DNA from: Neolecta irregularis DAH-3
Lineage: Eukaryota
Direction: 5' to 3'
Assembly (NCBI GenBank): GCA_001929475.1
Contig: LXFE01000167.1
Location: 1 to 64,000 of the forward strand
DNA length: 64,000 bases
The notes under the pieces were generated by a model that was not told the DNA's origin, searched no databases, and was given only the letters and a program-made list of their open reading frames with translations. Positions 62,095 through 64,000 of this stretch are shown one piece after another (within the stretch, counting starts at the first letter, position 1; each line of letters starts with the position of its first letter). Made by a program: the position numbers and the translations under genes.

Positions 62095-64000
62095 ATGGAG
62101 AAATTCCAACTGCTCCCTTCGGATATCGAGTCTAAGCTGCTCGAGCTAGAGTACGATTTTCAGCAAGGCGACATAACCGAGCAAGGCTACAAAAAAGTAC
62201 ACGTATCTGTACAAGCTTTCGTACTCACATACAGCGGAAATCCGCTCTTCTTTTATCTGTAAAGGAGGACCCCGTAATTGCGGCTGGTGAGGGACAAACC
62301 AATTTTTCAAATGACAGCAACAGTACGAGCACGGTATTTCAACATCTAATTGCTTCTCATTGCTGACTGCCTCTAGGATTTCGCCCAAGCCTCTCCTAAT
62401 AACCGCCCAGTATCCCATCTGTCTCTGGAGATGCCTGATTATCGTTTCAACCCTAGCACCTTTGATCTTCGTTTGTAAATCTTCCTATCAAAGGTCTTAC
62501 GAGAAAGAATTTGATGACAATGACTTGACCTATAATCGCATTCATAACACCTATACTGAACGCGCAAGAACTGAAGACTACGAAGAGATCGACGACGATA
62601 ACAGTAATTCTCGTTATATAGCTAGCATACTGAAATTTTTATAGCAGTGGCCTACCAGCGTAAAATATTCGAAGGCTCTCCTCACAAAGGCATTCTTAAT
62701 ATCCTTGAACCACGAGACATCCCATTCTCAATCTTCGATCCTCATAATGAAAATATCCCCTTGTCGAAATTTGACAACCTAGCTGCGATATTGCGTTATA
62801 GGGGTCAAACAATACCCAAGAAACCTGCTTTTCTAGTTCTAGATTCAAAAGGAAAAGAGGTTCACACAATGACATGGGAAAAGATTGCATTGCGTGCAGA
62901 AAAGGTTGGTCACGTTATTCGGGAAAAGAGCGGCCTATATCGAGGTGATCGTGTGGCCCTAGTTTATCGCGATAGTGAAGTCGTTGAGTTTGTCGTTGCC
63001 CTTCTTGGTTGCTTCATTGCGGGAGTAGTAGCGGTCCCAGTCAATAAACCAGAAGACTACGAGGAGCTGAACTTTATTCTTACCTCTACACAAGCACACT
63101 TGGCTCTGACAACTGACAACAACTTGAAGGCTTTCCAACGGGGATTGAGTGCTGCCAAAATACCATGGCCCAGAGGAGTCGAGTGGTGGAAAACAAACGA
63201 TTTTGGCAGTTTCCATCCTAAGAAGAAGGAAGAGCTTCCTGTATTTTATCGAAAAGTAGCTTTTCGCTAATACCAAGGCACTACAAGCTCCTGAACTTGC
63301 ATACATTGAATTTTCAAGATCTCCTACGGGCGAACTACGGGGTGTTGTGATATCTCATCGGACTATCTTGCACGCTATGTCTAGCTTATTGGCTGTAATA
63401 TTTTCTGTTCCAGGACAGAAACAAGACTCGCCAGCAGAACATATGCGTGATAAACACGAAAACCCTGTTATTGGTACTGGGAGCGGAGAAGTACTAGTGA
63501 CGTATCTCGATCCCCGCCAAAGTGTCGGAATTCTCTTTTCAGTACTTATGACTGTTTATGGTGGATACACGACAGTATGGACAAAACCTGGAGCTGTGGC
63601 AACTCCAGGTCTTTTTGCCAATATTGTTACGCGATATAAAGGTTTGAGCCATCAATTCGCATAGTCTCGTTTGACTCCAAGCATCCCTTGTTTTGGCTGA
63701 TTATCCGGGGTTGAAAACAGTGGCATACAACTACCAGAACGATCCATTAACCACTCGGAATTTCTCTAAGAAGCATCCTGTCGACTTTTCTTCAGTTCGC
63801 CTGTGTTTCATCGACTGCCAAAATGTAGATCCTGAGTTTCACGAAATCCTTGCCGATCGATATTTTAAGCCGCTCGGAAATCATCGTGCGTGGGACATTG
63901 TTGCGCCAATGCTCTGTCTTCCAGAGCATGGCGGCATGGTTATAACAGTCAGAGATTGGCTCGGGGGCCAAGATCGCATGATGCCGGACGGCCCAGCACT
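62095..64000 (+). CDS. DIP2/CPS1-type protein (DMAP1-binding N-terminus, acyl-AMP ligase-like domain); runs off the window
   Basis: LLELEYDFQQGDITEQGYKK, LEPRDIPF, FDNLAAILRYRG, TWEKIALRAEKV, GLYRGDRVAL, LAYIEFSRSPTGELRGVVISHRTI. Confidence 0.9.

Noticed and set aside
1-64000. tRNA, rRNA or snRNA genes, and an alternative genetic code or stop readthrough
   Set aside because: I recognised no RNA gene by eye, though small snoRNAs could be missed. Every in-frame stop I examined in conserved genes is explained by a short intron.

Overview
Gene-dense, intron-rich fungal (ascomycete) nuclear DNA. About 26 protein-coding genes are reconstructed by hand from exon fragments: DUF4045/gelsolin protein, ALO1, an orphan, PEX5, Red5/ZC3H3-like, Dsf2/Nif1-like, kinesin-3, eIF5B, HFL1, APS3, Mms1/DDB1-like, two mitochondrial PPR proteins, WDR59/Sea3, MetR/Cys-3-like bZIP, SRP68, ALG10, RRN11, GVP36, NOG1, acyl-CoA dehydrogenase, a methyltransferase-domain protein, DBP6, SDA1, DRS1 and the 5' part of a DIP2/CPS1 homologue. 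There is also a 146-bp solo LTR with an intact target-site duplication and two decayed gene relics. Introns are very short (mostly 31-45 nt) and intergenic gaps are as small as 32-75 nt. That, plus hyphal-type genes, suggests an early-diverging ascomycete such as Neolecta (inference only). The most striking signal is splicing. Restoring conserved reading frames in housekeeping genes points to at least 13 non-GT-AG introns among roughly 130-150 inspected by eye: 8 GC-AG, 3 GG-AG (one with a possible GT alternative), 1 AT-AG and 1 GT-GG. Many branch points are also degenerate, which suggests an unusually permissive spliceosome. A second signal is a GGGTTAG-core tandem array plus CACGTG at 39.4-39.5 kb, sitting at a sharp G-to-C skew inversion that ignores gene orientation. 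Gene coordinates are spans including introns, and exon boundaries are predictions without RNA data.
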